Shown: positions 19,713 to 30,201, counted from the stretch's first letter. The stretch: 64,000 bases of DNA from Gemmatimonas sp. (GCA_031414535.1 JANNVQ010000034.1:30594-94593), one strand, 5' to 3'. Numbers and translations: made by a program. Notes: a model not told the origin generated them from the letters alone.

Positions 19713-22435
19713 GAGGCTGACTCCGCGGCGTCTTCCGGGCGTGCCGTCGACGTTATGGGAATACTGAGGAGCATTTGCGTACCACCAGGGCCGGAGCGAA
19801 AGTCAACGCTGCCAGCGAGAAGCGCCGCGCGTTCAGCCATGCCAAGCAGTCCGAGTCGCGCTTCGTGCGGCGCTTTGCTCATCGCGTCCACATCGAATCC
19901 TGTACCGTCGTCCCTCAAGGTGAACACGAGGTTTCCATTCTTGCGCTGGAGCAAGACTTCAACGTGCCGCGCTGACGCGTGGCGAAGCACATTCGTCATG
20001 GCCTCCTGTGCAATTCGGTAGCAGCAAACCTCGATCGCGGAATCGAGCCGCGCCCCGCCAAGTGTCGACTCAAAAGCGACGTCGATATCGGCGCGTGCGG
20101 CGGATCGGTGGAGGTACCAGTGTAGAGCGGCTTCAAGTCCGATGTCGTCCAAGACCGACGGGCGGAGGTCCACCGAGAGTTCAAGGACGCTGCGCGCCGC
20201 CAAGTCCGACATGGCAAGGGCATCCTCCAACTCTGGCGGCGGGGAATCTTCGCCCAGCCGCGCCTGCAAGGCGGTGAGACTGAGACGAATGGCCGTGAGT
20301 GTTTGCCCAATCTCGTCGTGCAGCCCTCGCGCGATGGATTGCCGCTCCGCTTCCTGGGCCATGATCACGCGACGCGATAGCTCCGAGAGCTTGTCGCGGC
20401 TTTCGCGAAGGGCGCGTTCGGCATTGAGTCGGGCGGTGAGGTCGCGGACAAAGCACTCATGGCACAGCACCTTTCCCTCGACGTCACGGACCGCTCGGGC
20501 ATCCCATTGCACGCGGACACTCGACCCGTCCTTACGCCGCAACTCCACCACGGAAGCGAGGGATTGCGCTCCCCTGGCGAAGGCGCTGAACAGCCGCTCT
20601 CGCTCCGCCGGGTCGTGATAGAGCACCTGTCGCCTACTTGTCGCGTATAGATCTTCAGGGGACGAGTAGCCGAGCAAGTTCGCGAGCGCGCGATTTGCCA
20701 TCAACAATTCGCCATCAAGGGTCTTGCGGTAGATGCCGACGGGGGCCGAATCAATGATGTCGAGGAGGTCGGCCTCCGAACGGCGGAGTTCGGCTTCAAG
20801 TCTCGCGCGCGCCGTCACGTCCTCGAGAATGGCAATGACGGACTCGACGGCATCGTGCCCGGTGCGAACCGGAGCAAGCGAGACGCGCGCCATGAGATCC
20901 GCGCCGCTCTTGGAAATTCGTCGCTGTGCGCCTATAACAACGGTCTCGCCGCCGAAAGCCTTCTCGAGGGCCTCCGCATATATCGGCCAACCGTCTGCAG
21001 GCACGAGTGGATTCTGGACGCCGACGATCTCGTCCGCTCGCCAACCGAAAAGGCGTTCCGCGCTCGCATTCCACGCGAGCACGCGAGCATCGCGGCTCAA
21101 TTCAAGTATGGCCAACGGTGAGGAGTCGATGACGGCCCTCAGATGCCCGAGCGTGCGACGTAACTGTACCTCCTGCTCGCGCCTTTCGGTAACGTCGAGG
21201 CAGGCACCCACGAGTACGGCATGTCCGTCCGCGTCGTACTGCACCCGGCCAAATGACTCCAACGTTCGAGTCTCGCCGTCCGACCCGCGGAGAATCCGCT
21301 CCTCAAAGCTGAACCCCTCGCCAGTGGCCAGCGCTGACTGCAACGTGTCCATTACCGCCTGCTTGTCTTCAGGATGCAGTCGGTCCGTGAAGTCCTCGAC
21401 TCGTCCGCCAAACGCAGGGCGTTCGAGACCGAAGATTGCAAGCAGACCGTCGGACCAACTGAGCTTGCCGGTGTTCGTTTCCCATTCCCAGCTGCCGGAG
21501 CCCGTCAGCTGCTCTCCGATGGTGCGCAGGCGTTCGAGCCGCTGCTGGCGAGCGAGTGACTCGAGGTGCTGTTGCCAGAAGCTGGAGAAAAGCAGCCCGG
21601 CCACGGAGAGACCCAATAACAACGATTGGTTGAACTCCAGGGCCTGTGCCTGCTCCGGCGATCCCGCAGTGCCTTCCAAGAGGAGTACCGTTGTGCCGAC
21701 GATTGCGGAGAGAACCGTCGCCGACGCCGCTCCGACCATTCCGTCTCTCACGGCGCGCCAGCCGACGACGAGAAAAAGAATCCACGAGAGTCGCGTGCTT
21801 ACGATGATCGAGGCGACGGTCGCGGCGATTACCAAGCTTGCCACGGCGACTCCGTGTTTCGTCACCTGCAGACGGATGCGCTCGTGGTCCCGTAGCGTCT
21901 GTAAGAACCACGGCCCAAACGCGAGCACACCAAGCGCATCTCCTGTCCACCAAGTCAACCAAGTCCCCGCGCCCGCACCGACGTCATTGATGAGGTTGAG
22001 CCCGGCCACTCCGACGCTGGCCGAGACTAACGGACCTAGGAGCCCTCCAAACGCGATGAGCAACAGCCCATCGCGCAGGGATGCCAGTCTGTGGTTGAAG
22101 CCCACTCGGCGTAGGACTGTGACGGCCGCGAGTGAACCGAGCGCGTTCGCCGCGCCCAAGACTGCAGCGGTGGGAAGGGGCGCGGCGTGCATCCAATTGG
22201 CCAGCGCGGCAGCCACCGCCACGGCTGGCGCGAGGGACCGGCCACGAATCAGAAAAGCAGCGAGGGAGAATCCGGCTGCAGGCCAGATGGTGGAGACGAG
22301 CGGGTGACTCGTCGCACCCAGGAGGCCCAATGACACGAGCACGAAAGTGCCCGCGGCAACTTTCAGTACATCCTGCATCCGCTTGAGGTACACGGCGACG
22401 CTCGGTTGGCGACGGGGAGAACTCCGAACCCGCAC
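19709..22435 (-). CDS. MASE1-PAS sensor histidine kinase (HisKA_3 type)
   Basis: IWPAAG and WWTGDALG (MASE1), three PAS-like domains, ERQSIARGLHDEIGQ, QEAMTNVLRH, DDGTGF; start may be ATG 22378. Confidence 0.9.
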   Translation of the reverse strand: MRVRSSPRRQPSVAVYLKRMQDVLKVAAGTFVLVSLGLLGATSHPLVSTIWPAAGFSLAAFLIRGRSLAPAVAVAAALANWMHAAPLPTAAVLGAANALGSLAAVTVLRRVGFNHRLASLRDGLLLIAFGGLLGPLVSASVGVAGLNLINDVGAGAGTWLTWWTGDALGVLAFGPWFLQTLRDHERIRLQVTKHGVAVASLVIAATVASIIVSTRLSWILFLVVGWRAVRDGMVGAASATVLSAIVGTTVLLLEGTAGSPEQAQALEFNQSLLLGLSVAGLLFSSFWQQHLESLARQQRLERLRTIGEQLTGSGSWEWETNTGKLSWSDGLLAIFGLERPAFGGRVEDFTDRLHPEDKQAVMDTLQSALATGEGFSFEERILRGSDGETRTLESFGRVQYDADGHAVLVGACLDVTERREQEVQLRRTLGHLRAVIDSSPLAILELSRDARVLAWNASAERLFGWRADEIVGVQNPLVPADGWPIYAEALEKAFGGETVVIGAQRRISKSGADLMARVSLAPVRTGHDAVESVIAILEDVTARARLEAELRRSEADLLDIIDSAPVGIYRKTLDGELLMANRALANLLGYSSPEDLYATSRRQVLYHDPAERERLFSAFARGAQSLASVVELRRKDGSSVRVQWDARAVRDVEGKVLCHECFVRDLTARLNAERALRESRDKLSELSRRVIMAQEAERQSIARGLHDEIGQTLTAIRLSLTALQARLGEDSPPPELEDALAMSDLAARSVLELSVDLRPSVLDDIGLEAALHWYLHRSAARADIDVAFESTLGGARLDSAIEVCCYRIAQEAMTNVLRHASARHVEVLLQRKNGNLVFTLRDDGTGFDVDAMSKAPHEARLGLLGMAERAALLAGSVDFRSGPGGTQMLLSIPITSTARPEDAAESAS

Positions 22436-22457
22436 CCAGCAGTATCACGTTCGTGAC

Positions 22458-23768
22458 CTAGGGCGTTTCTCGCAAGGGCAGCGAGGAGGCCGGCAACTCC
22501 GATGCCGGATTGCCGCCGCTCGCAATCGTCACGGCGCCGAGCTGCGCAGTTACGTTTAGCAAGGTCTTGAACAGGTCGGGCAGCAGGTCAAGTGCGATGA
22601 GCACGCCGATGGCCTCCGCCGGAATACCGAGCGCACCAAAAAAGGGCGCAACGACGAACAGGCTCGCGCTCGGAATGCCCGGCACGCTGAAGCTCATCAA
22701 TACTGACGTGACCGCCAGCGATATCACGGTGATGTTGCTGAGCTCGACGCCGTAAAGCTTTGCCGCGAACAGCGCCATCACCACCCAGCTCACGGCTTGG
22801 TTGAGACGGAACGTCGAGACGGCCAAGGGCAATCCGAAGCTCGACGCCGTGGAAGGCAACGCGAGGCTACGGTCCGCGGCCACCACCATCGCTGGCAGTG
22901 CGGCCATGGATGAGCGCGTGGTGAGTGCCACCACCTGCGCGGGTAGCATGGCTCGCGCAAACGTTGAGACGCGCGTGCGGCTGAGCAGGGCCACGGCTAA
23001 GTACACGAGCAGCGTCGCGGCAATCAAGAAGGCCGCATACACCACAACATAGAAAGCCACCGCGCCCACCACTGCCGTGCCGATGCGCGCCGCCACGACG
23101 AAGGCGAGCGAGAGTACGCCGAGCGGCGTGGCTTTGAGAATCCACTCGATGAGCACTGTGACAGCAGACGCGACGGCGCGGAATACGCCAACGACGGCTT
23201 CGCGCTTGACGGCTTCCACGCGTCCGAGCGCGAGACCAAAGGCGATGGTAAACACCACCAGTGGAAGCATCGCACCACTCGCAGCAGCAGCGATGGGATT
23301 CACGGGCACGAGGCTCACGAGCCAATCGGTAAACGAAGGCAACGTGGGTAGCGCGACGCCCGTGCCGACGTCGGCGCGCAAGGACGCGGCGGCCGTTGCG
23401 TCAATGGTGATGAGGTCAAACACTGCCGGCGCCGTGAGCGCCGTGAAGGTCGCAACGAGGCTGAGCAAGAGCAAAAAAACACCGAGCGAACGGATGCCGA
23501 GCCGCCCCATGCTGCGAGCATCCGTGTCGGCCACGGCGACAATGAGCGAAGCCACCACGAGGGGAATCACCGTCATCCGGATGGCGGCGACCCAAATGAG
23601 GCCAGCCGGCTCAATCCAGCGAATCAGCGTTGGGGCCGCGTCACTAGACGACGCGACGATCCCCGCACCTGCCCCCACCACGAGCGCTGCCACTGCGAGG
23701 AGAACGGGGCGTGAAAGCGCCAATGGAATCCAAGTTGATGGAGACGTGAAGCTACACTTTCCTCGCAA
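22458..23768 (-). CDS. Dicarboxylate/amino acid:cation symporter (DAACS)
   Basis: IRMTVIPLV, VPVNPI, TRSS.AALP, LPL..S, GIP; start uncertain. Confidence 0.88.
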   Translation of the reverse strand: MRGKCSFTSPSTWIPLALSRPVLLAVAALVVGAGAGIVASSSDAAPTLIRWIEPAGLIWVAAIRMTVIPLVVASLIVAVADTDARSMGRLGIRSLGVFLLLLSLVATFTALTAPAVFDLITIDATAAASLRADVGTGVALPTLPSFTDWLVSLVPVNPIAAAASGAMLPLVVFTIAFGLALGRVEAVKREAVVGVFRAVASAVTVLIEWILKATPLGVLSLAFVVAARIGTAVVGAVAFYVVVYAAFLIAATLLVYLAVALLSRTRVSTFARAMLPAQVVALTTRSSMAALPAMVVAADRSLALPSTASSFGLPLAVSTFRLNQAVSWVVMALFAAKLYGVELSNITVISLAVTSVLMSFSVPGIPSASLFVVAPFFGALGIPAEAIGVLIALDLLPDLFKTLLNVTAQLGAVTIASGGNPASELPASSLPLRETP

Positions 23769-24267
23769 AGCGTCGAATCATCCAACGTGGAGCCAAGTAC
23801 AGCACTGCGCCACCCAGCGCGAACACCGTCGCGATGACGAGCGGGAGTACGCCGCCGAAGGTGTAACTCATCGCGAGGACGAAACCTAGAATGTACTCTG
23901 CCCGGTAAATCGGGAATGCTAGGGCCAGTAGGGGAATCAGTTGCACCTGCACGTTCGGAATCTCAGAGTATCCAAGCGAGAAGGCGGTAGCGAGCACCGC
24001 ACCGAACACCACCGCTCCGACTGCGCCCATCAAGGCCGCCTTCGCAGACGTGCGTCCCTTGGCGATGCGCGACTGTGTGTTGCCGAGGGCAAGCCACGTC
24101 AGCAGCGGCAACGTGAGCCCGCCCCACCAATTGGAGATGCTCGGCATGTCATCACGAGCCATGAAACTGTGAGACGGGACGCCGTCGTGCAGTTGCTGCC
24201 AAACCAGGAGAGACCAAACGGTCAGGGCGACTGCAATCGAGAGCAAGGCACGCGAGCGGTTCGGCAT
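23752..24267 (-). CDS. Hypothetical integral membrane protein
   Basis: Several hydrophobic segments, GVPSH...DMPSISNWWG motif; start ATG 24267 or TTG 24282. Confidence 0.65.
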   Translation of the reverse strand: MPNRSRALLSIAVALTVWSLLVWQQLHDGVPSHSFMARDDMPSISNWWGGLTLPLLTWLALGNTQSRIAKGRTSAKAALMGAVGAVVFGAVLATAFSLGYSEIPNVQVQLIPLLALAFPIYRAEYILGFVLAMSYTFGGVLPLVIATVFALGGAVLYLAPRWMIRRFARKV

Positions 24268-24334
24268 TCGCAATCTCAGCAAGGGGAGCGAGCGATGCGC
24301 TCACTACGCCGCAACGTGCCTGCGGTTTCTCAGT

Positions 24335-25621
24335 TCAGCCGCGCGTATCAACCACCGCGATCTCCCGCGCACCCTTCCGCAGGAGCATCCAGCGCCCTCG
24401 CACCGCATCAGACGCCGGCACATGCGTGGCCTCAGCGCCGAGCTTCGCGCCATTCACCGAAACCGCACCTTGCTGCACGAGCTTGCGCGCCGCGGTCTTA
24501 GAAAGCGCGAACGCCTGAGCGAGGACCTCCACCACATCCACTCCTTCAGCTGCGGGCGCGAGGCGCACCGACGGCATCTCCGCCGCCAACATCGCAAACA
24601 CTTCGTCGCTGAGCGCATGGGCCTCAGCCTTTTTGTCGAATACCGTGCGTGAAACAGTCTCAGCCAGCTCAGCCGCCGCCGCGCCGTGAATCAACGAGGT
24701 GACCTCACGCGCCAAGCGCTTTTGCGCCCCCCGCTCGTGCGCCGCGGCAGTGTGCGCCGCCTCGATCTCGGCAATCTCTGATTGACCGAGCAGCGTGAAC
24801 GTCCGCAGCAGACGCCCCACATCTGCGTCTTCGGCATTGATCCAAAACTGATAGAACTTGTACACGCTCGTCAGCCGCGCATCGAGGTACACCGCGCCCG
24901 CTTCCGTTTTCCCGAACTTCTTGCCCTGCGCGTCCGTCAGCAGCGGAAACGTCAGCCCGTGCGCCTCGCCACGCTGCGTGCGGCGCACCAATTCGGTGCC
25001 GGCCGTGATGTTGCCCCACTGATCGCTGCCACCCAACTGCAGCGTCACGCCATCGTGCTCGTGCAAGCGCGAGAAATCGTACGCCTGCAACAGCATGTAG
25101 CTGAACTCCGTGAAGCTGATGCCCGTCTCCATACGCGTCTTTACGGAGTCCTTCTGCATCATCCAGTTCACGGTGAAGTGCTTACCCGTGTCACGCAGGA
25201 ACTCCACCAGCCCAATCCCGCCCAGCCACTCGGAGTTGTTGCGCACGGCGAAGCGGCCAAGGGATTCGGCGCCGAGTGCGTTGGACGCCACTCGCTGAAT
25301 CTGCTGCCAGATGAGCTCGGCGTTGTGCGCAATCTCCTCAGTGGAGCGCATCGGCCGCTCCTCGCTCTTGCCCGAGGGGTCACCGATCATCGCCGTGCCA
25401 CCGCCCACGAGCGCGACGGCTCGGTGGCCGGCGCGCGCGAGGCGCACCAGCCCCATCAGCGACACGAGGTTGCCCACGTGCAGGCTCTCCGCCGTGGGAT
25501 CAAAGCCGCAGTAGCCGGTGACCGGACCCTTGGCGAGATGAGCTTCGCAGCCCTCGGTCTCTTGGTGTAACAGACCGCGCCAACGGAGTTCAGTGTGCAG
25601 GGAGCTGGGGAGCGTCGTCAT
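24335..25621 (-). CDS. tyrS: Tyrosine--tRNA ligase
   Basis: YCGFDPTA.SLHVGN (HIGH), GDPSGK, LLQAYDF, GGSDQWGNI, KFGKT (KMSKS), S4-like tail. Confidence 0.98.
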   Translation of the reverse strand: MTTLPSSLHTELRWRGLLHQETEGCEAHLAKGPVTGYCGFDPTAESLHVGNLVSLMGLVRLARAGHRAVALVGGGTAMIGDPSGKSEERPMRSTEEIAHNAELIWQQIQRVASNALGAESLGRFAVRNNSEWLGGIGLVEFLRDTGKHFTVNWMMQKDSVKTRMETGISFTEFSYMLLQAYDFSRLHEHDGVTLQLGGSDQWGNITAGTELVRRTQRGEAHGLTFPLLTDAQGKKFGKTEAGAVYLDARLTSVYKFYQFWINAEDADVGRLLRTFTLLGQSEIAEIEAAHTAAAHERGAQKRLAREVTSLIHGAAAAELAETVSRTVFDKKAEAHALSDEVFAMLAAEMPSVRLAPAAEGVDVVEVLAQAFALSKTAARKLVQQGAVSVNGAKLGAEATHVPASDAVRGRWMLLRKGAREIAVVDTRG

Positions 25622-25627
25622 GCCGCC

Positions 25628-25667
25628 AATTTACGGGTCGCGGGAGGGGAAGTCACTCCACTAGCTT
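25628..25667. promoter_or_regulatory. Back-to-back -10 boxes for tyrS and PBP1A
   Basis: Minus-strand TAAATT (25628-25633) 6 nt before the tyrS ATG; plus-strand TAGCTT (25662-25667) 6 nt before GTG 25674. Confidence 0.55.
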
Positions 25668-25673
25668 TCCCGC

Positions 25674-27788
25674 GTGCTCTCCAAGTACCCACGGCTTCGT
25701 TTCTACCTTCCACGCCTCGCGCTCGCTGTCGGCGGGCTGGGCGTCGTTTTCGCCTTGGTCTTCGCGTCTTGGTGGACTTGGTTCCTCTGCTCGGACGAGA
25801 CCTGCCCGAGCATTGAGCAGTTCGTAGACTACAAACCCTCCGAGCCGGCCCGGCTCTACGCCGTCGACGGCCGCTTCATCGGCGAAATCGGCCTCGAGCG
25901 CCGCTCGGTGGTCACGCTCGACCAGATCCCGCGCCACGTGGCGGACGCCTTCGTCATCACCGAAGACAAGCGATACTACCAGCACTCGGGTGTGGACTAC
26001 TTCCGCGTGTTGGGCTCCGTGATCGCCAATGCGCGCGCGATGGGTTTCGCCGAAGGCTTCTCGACCATCACCATGCAGCTCGCGCGCAATATCTTCCCGG
26101 CGCAGTTGCCTTCGCGTTCCAAAGCGGGCTCGGCCTACAACAACCTCGTGCGCAAATTCCGCGAGGCCAAGGTGGCGCGTCAGCTCGAGGGAGCGCTTTC
26201 AAAAGACAAGATTCTTGAGCTGTACCTGAACCAGATTTCACTCGGCGCCGGCGCCTATGGTGTTGAGGCCGCCTCGCAGCGCTACTTCGGGCGTCCGGTC
26301 AGCGAAATCACGGTTGCCGAAGGCGCCATGCTCGCGGCCCTGCCCAAGGCGCCGTCGCGCTACAACCCGCGCCGCTTCCCCGACCGTGCCATTCAGCGCC
26401 GTAACACGGTGCTCGAGTTAATGCGCCGCGCTGGTGCGCTTTCGGATGCCGACGCTAGCGTGGCTAAGGCCTATCCCTTGCGCCTGAACCGTGCAGCGCG
26501 CGGAGCCGGCGATCCCGCGCCGTACTTTGTGGAGTGGGTGCGCGCCGAACTCGAGCGTCGCTTTGGCAAGCAGGTGTACGAGAGCGGTCTGCGTGTGCTG
26601 ACTACGCTCGACCTCGACATGCAGGGCGCCGCTGAACGCGCGGTCGAACGCCAACTGCGCGCCATCGAGGCCAACACATTCGGAAACTTCCCGCACCAGA
26701 CCTACGAGGCCTATTTGGCCCGCGCCGCGAGCGGGGACGTGGTGGGCAGCGGTGCCAACTCGCCCTACCTACAGGCCAGCTTCGTCGCCTTGGACCCGCG
26801 CAGCGGCGGCGTGCGCGCGCTCGTTGGCGGCCGTGATTTTGACGATTCGAAGTTCGATCGCGCGGTGCGAGCCACCCGTCAGCCTGGCTCGACCTTCAAG
26901 CCGATTGTGTACGCAACAGCGGTACGCTCGGGCCGATCGCCGGCCTACCTCATTGACGATGAGCCCATCGAGGTGCCGCAGCTCGATGGCACCCTCTGGA
27001 CGCCGCAGAACTACGACATGAAGTTCGAAGGTCGTGTGACAATGCGCCGCGCCGTGATGTTCTCACGTAACCTCCCTGCTATTCGCCTCACAATGGAAAT
27101 CGGCGAGGGCGCAGTGGTAGACATGGCCAAGAACTTCGGCATCACCACACGCGTGCCGCCCTACCCGTCCATCGCGTTGGGCTCGGCGGACGTGTATCCC
27201 ATCGAGATGGTCGCTGCTTACTCCACCTTCGCAAACCTTGGCTGGCGCGTGCCGCCGAATCCAATCGTGCGCGTGGAGACGCTCGACGGCCGCAGGCTCT
27301 ACGAGGCCGATCCGCAGCGTATCCAGGTGCTCTCGCGCGAGGAAGCCTGGATCATGACGGACATGCTCCGCGACGTCATCCGCAGCGGCTCCGGCGCCCG
27401 CGTGTGGAACCAGGAAAACTTCCGCGTGCCTGCGGGCGGGAAGACCGGCACCACCAACGATTACACGGACGTCTGGTTCGTGGGATTCACGGCAGACCTC
27501 GTCGCTGGCGTATGGATTGGCTTCGACCAGCCGAAGGAGATCATGGCCAATGCACAGGGCGGGCGCCTCGCGGCACCGGCTTGGGCGGCCTTCATGCGCG
27601 AGGTCTACGAGCGGAAGCCAACGCCACCTGATTGGCCCCGCCCCTCGGGCATCCTTGCCGTCCCGATCGATCCCGCCACCGGCCTGCGCGCCGGCCTCGG
27701 ATGTATCTCGGACGCGATACGAACCGAGTACTTCATCGCGGGAACCGAACCCACTCAGGAATGCCCGCGACGTGGGATCGTCCCCTGA
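25674..27788 (+). CDS. Class A penicillin-binding protein (PBP1A family)
   Basis: TM anchor; EDKRYY.HSG, STITMQLARN, RKFRE, YLNQI (transglycosylase); STFK, SRN, KTG (transpeptidase). Confidence 0.96.
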   Translation: MLSKYPRLRFYLPRLALAVGGLGVVFALVFASWWTWFLCSDETCPSIEQFVDYKPSEPARLYAVDGRFIGEIGLERRSVVTLDQIPRHVADAFVITEDKRYYQHSGVDYFRVLGSVIANARAMGFAEGFSTITMQLARNIFPAQLPSRSKAGSAYNNLVRKFREAKVARQLEGALSKDKILELYLNQISLGAGAYGVEAASQRYFGRPVSEITVAEGAMLAALPKAPSRYNPRRFPDRAIQRRNTVLELMRRAGALSDADASVAKAYPLRLNRAARGAGDPAPYFVEWVRAELERRFGKQVYESGLRVLTTLDLDMQGAAERAVERQLRAIEANTFGNFPHQTYEAYLARAASGDVVGSGANSPYLQASFVALDPRSGGVRALVGGRDFDDSKFDRAVRATRQPGSTFKPIVYATAVRSGRSPAYLIDDEPIEVPQLDGTLWTPQNYDMKFEGRVTMRRAVMFSRNLPAIRLTMEIGEGAVVDMAKNFGITTRVPPYPSIALGSADVYPIEMVAAYSTFANLGWRVPPNPIVRVETLDGRRLYEADPQRIQVLSREEAWIMTDMLRDVIRSGSGARVWNQENFRVPAGGKTGTTNDYTDVWFVGFTADLVAGVWIGFDQPKEIMANAQGGRLAAPAWAAFMREVYERKPTPPDWPRPSGILAVPIDPATGLRAGLGCISDAIRTEYFIAGTEPTQECPRRGIVP

Positions 27789-29137
27789 TGGCGGCGCGCG
27801 TCCGTTGGCACGCGCGCTGGGTGGTCCCGGTGGCATCGCCACCGATTGAGAATGGCTGCGTCATCACGGAAGCCGAGCGCATCGTCTGGGTCGGCGAGCG
27901 TGTGCATGCGCCAGCTGGTGGGAGCGACGAGGAACTTGGAGACGCCTTCCTCACGCCGGGCTTGGTGAACGCACACACGCATCTGGGTCTCACCATGATG
28001 CGTGGCTTGCTCGGCGGACTGCCTTTCTTCACTTGGGTGCGCACGCTGACCGCGGCCTCCGCCACGCTCACTGACGCGGACCTCCTCGACGCCGCCTTGC
28101 TTGGCTTGGCCGAAGGCATCGCAGCAGGCACCACGACCTTTGCTGACACCGCGCCCAATGAGGCGGCGTTCAACGCCATGCGCCAGCTCGGCGTGCGTGG
28201 CATCGCGTATCGCGAGGTGTTCGGGCCTGATCCCGAGGTGGCGGAGAAGCATCTCGCGCTTCTTGCAGACCAGATCAACTCCATGCTGCAACGCGCCACG
28301 GACTTGGTCCATGTGGGCGTGTCACCGCATGCGCCCTACTCGGTCAGCGATGCGCTCTTCGCGGCCGTCGCCCGTCTCGCAGCGGAGCGCCGCATCCCAG
28401 TGGCCGTGCACATCGCGGAAAGTGCGGAGGAGCAGCGCTTGGTGACGGAAGGTGAAGGCGACTACGCCAACTTCCTCCGCGGTCGTGGCATTGACGTGAC
28501 GCCGCGTGGTTCGGAGCCGATGGCCATCATCGAGCGCGCCGATCTGCTCAAGCGCCACACGCTGCTGATTCACGCTGTGCGAGTGAGTGAGGGCGTGATT
28601 GCGCGCATCGCCAGCGCCGGCTCTGGTGTGGCGCACTGCCCGGCGTCCAACGCCTGGTTCGGCCACGGCGTGGCCCCGCTCGCTGCCATGACCCAGGCGG
28701 GCGTACAGGTGGGGCTTGGCTCTGATTCAATGGCCTCCAACGATCGCATGGATCTGCTCGAGGAGGCGCGCTTGGCCGCGTTCGCCCAGCGCACCATCAG
28801 CGGGCGGCACGACCTCATCACGGCGAAGCAGGCCTTCCGTCTCGCCACCCTCGGCGGTGCTGAGGCTTTAAACCTCGACGAGCAGATTGGTTCGCTGGAG
28901 GTGGGCAAGCAAGCGGACATCGCGGCCTTCGCGATGCATCCGCAGCATGGCCCGGTGACTGATCCGTATGCCGCCCTCGTTTTCGGTCCGCGTCCAACGA
29001 CCACACGCGTGATTGTCGCTGGTACAGAGCTTTATCGGGATGGAGCAGTGAAAGGCTTCGACTCCGCAGTTTCAGCTCGTGTGCAGGCTACCGCCGAGCG
29101 ACTTCAGCGGTGGCGCCGCGAACAACCTTCGGTTTAG
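27788..29137 (+). CDS. Amidohydrolase family protein (MtaD/SAH deaminase-like)
   Basis: PGLVNAHTH, GTTTFAD, SPHAPYSV, HIAES, HCP.SN, LGSDS, GSLEVGKQADI; ATG overlaps the PBP stop (TGATG). Confidence 0.88.
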   Translation: MAARVRWHARWVVPVASPPIENGCVITEAERIVWVGERVHAPAGGSDEELGDAFLTPGLVNAHTHLGLTMMRGLLGGLPFFTWVRTLTAASATLTDADLLDAALLGLAEGIAAGTTTFADTAPNEAAFNAMRQLGVRGIAYREVFGPDPEVAEKHLALLADQINSMLQRATDLVHVGVSPHAPYSVSDALFAAVARLAAERRIPVAVHIAESAEEQRLVTEGEGDYANFLRGRGIDVTPRGSEPMAIIERADLLKRHTLLIHAVRVSEGVIARIASAGSGVAHCPASNAWFGHGVAPLAAMTQAGVQVGLGSDSMASNDRMDLLEEARLAAFAQRTISGRHDLITAKQAFRLATLGGAEALNLDEQIGSLEVGKQADIAAFAMHPQHGPVTDPYAALVFGPRPTTTRVIVAGTELYRDGAVKGFDSAVSARVQATAERLQRWRREQPSV

Positions 29138-29151
29138 GTTCAAAGGTCCGG

Positions 29152-30150
29152 ATGACAGCTCCACTCCCGTCATCCGTCATCCGTCTTCCGTCCACTAAAG
29201 ATTTGTCTCGCGGCTCCGGCGCAACTCAGCTCATTTGGCGTGATGGCAGCCTCGTCCCTTGGGACGACGCCAACCTGCACGTGATGAGCCATGTGATTCA
29301 CTACGGCTCGAGCATCTTTGAGGGCATTCGTTCCTACAAGACGCCGACCGGTGGCGCTGTATTCCGGCTCCGCGAGCACATGCGGCGCTTTCAGGACTCG
29401 GCCAAGATCTATCGGATGCCGATGAAGTACTCGCTGGACGAGCTTTGCGACGCGGTGACAAGCACCATCGCCGCCAACGGGCTCGAGGCCTGCTACATCC
29501 GCCCGCTCGCGGTGCGTGCAGGGCAGGAGATGGGCGTGCTACCGACGAATGCTCCGGTTGAGACCTTCGTCATTTGCTGGACCTGGGGCGCCTATCTCGG
29601 CAAGGACGCACTCGAGGAAGGCGTGGATGTGACGATCAGCAGCTGGCGGCGTGCCGCACCGGGGACTTTTCCGGTGATGGCCAAGGCGGGCGGCAACTAT
29701 CTGAATTCGCAGCTCTCCAAGATGGAAGCACGCAACGATGGCTACGTCGAGGGCATCATGCTCGACGTGCACGGGCACGTGTCTGAGGGCAGCGGCGAGA
29801 ATTTGTTTGTGGTGCGCGACAACATCCTCTACACGGCGCCGCTCTCCGCGAGCATCCTCAACGGCATCACGCGCGACGCAGTTGTTACGATGGCGCGCGA
29901 TTTGGGGTATGAAGTGCGGGAGTTATTGATGCCACGGGAGTTTCTGCTCATCGCGGATGAGGTCTTCTTCACCGGTACGGCGGCCGAGATCACGCCGATT
30001 CGCAGCATTGATAAGAGTTCCATTGGTGCGGGGAAGCGAGGCCCTGTCACCCATGCGATCCAAGAGCGATTCCTCGCGATTGCCACCGGACGAGCGCCTG
30101 ATACGAGAGGTTGGCTCACTCCGGTCCCCCCGGCTCCGAAGCAGAGTTGA
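29152..30150 (+). CDS. ilvE: Branched-chain amino acid aminotransferase
   Basis: HYGSSIFEGIRSY, AKAGGNYLNS, SEGSGENLF, ILNGITR, FTGTAAEITP; start is ATG 29152 or TTG 29203. Confidence 0.95.
   Translation: MTAPLPSSVIRLPSTKDLSRGSGATQLIWRDGSLVPWDDANLHVMSHVIHYGSSIFEGIRSYKTPTGGAVFRLREHMRRFQDSAKIYRMPMKYSLDELCDAVTSTIAANGLEACYIRPLAVRAGQEMGVLPTNAPVETFVICWTWGAYLGKDALEEGVDVTISSWRRAAPGTFPVMAKAGGNYLNSQLSKMEARNDGYVEGIMLDVHGHVSEGSGENLFVVRDNILYTAPLSASILNGITRDAVVTMARDLGYEVRELLMPREFLLIADEVFFTGTAAEITPIRSIDKSSIGAGKRGPVTHAIQERFLAIATGRAPDTRGWLTPVPPAPKQS
29167..29193 (-). repeat. (GACGGAT)n repeat, single arm
   Basis: CCGTCATCCGTCATCCGTCTTCCGTCC at the ilvE 5' end. Confidence 0.85.
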
Positions 30151-30201
30151 CCGTCGAGCGACGGTCGCTTTCACTCGAAGCCCTCACTTGAGGAGGTAGA
30201 T

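Noticed and set aside
14012..24300. Signalling cluster as an integrative mobile element
   Set aside because: I found no integrase, transposase, tRNA target or flanking direct repeats. It is at most an accessory block.
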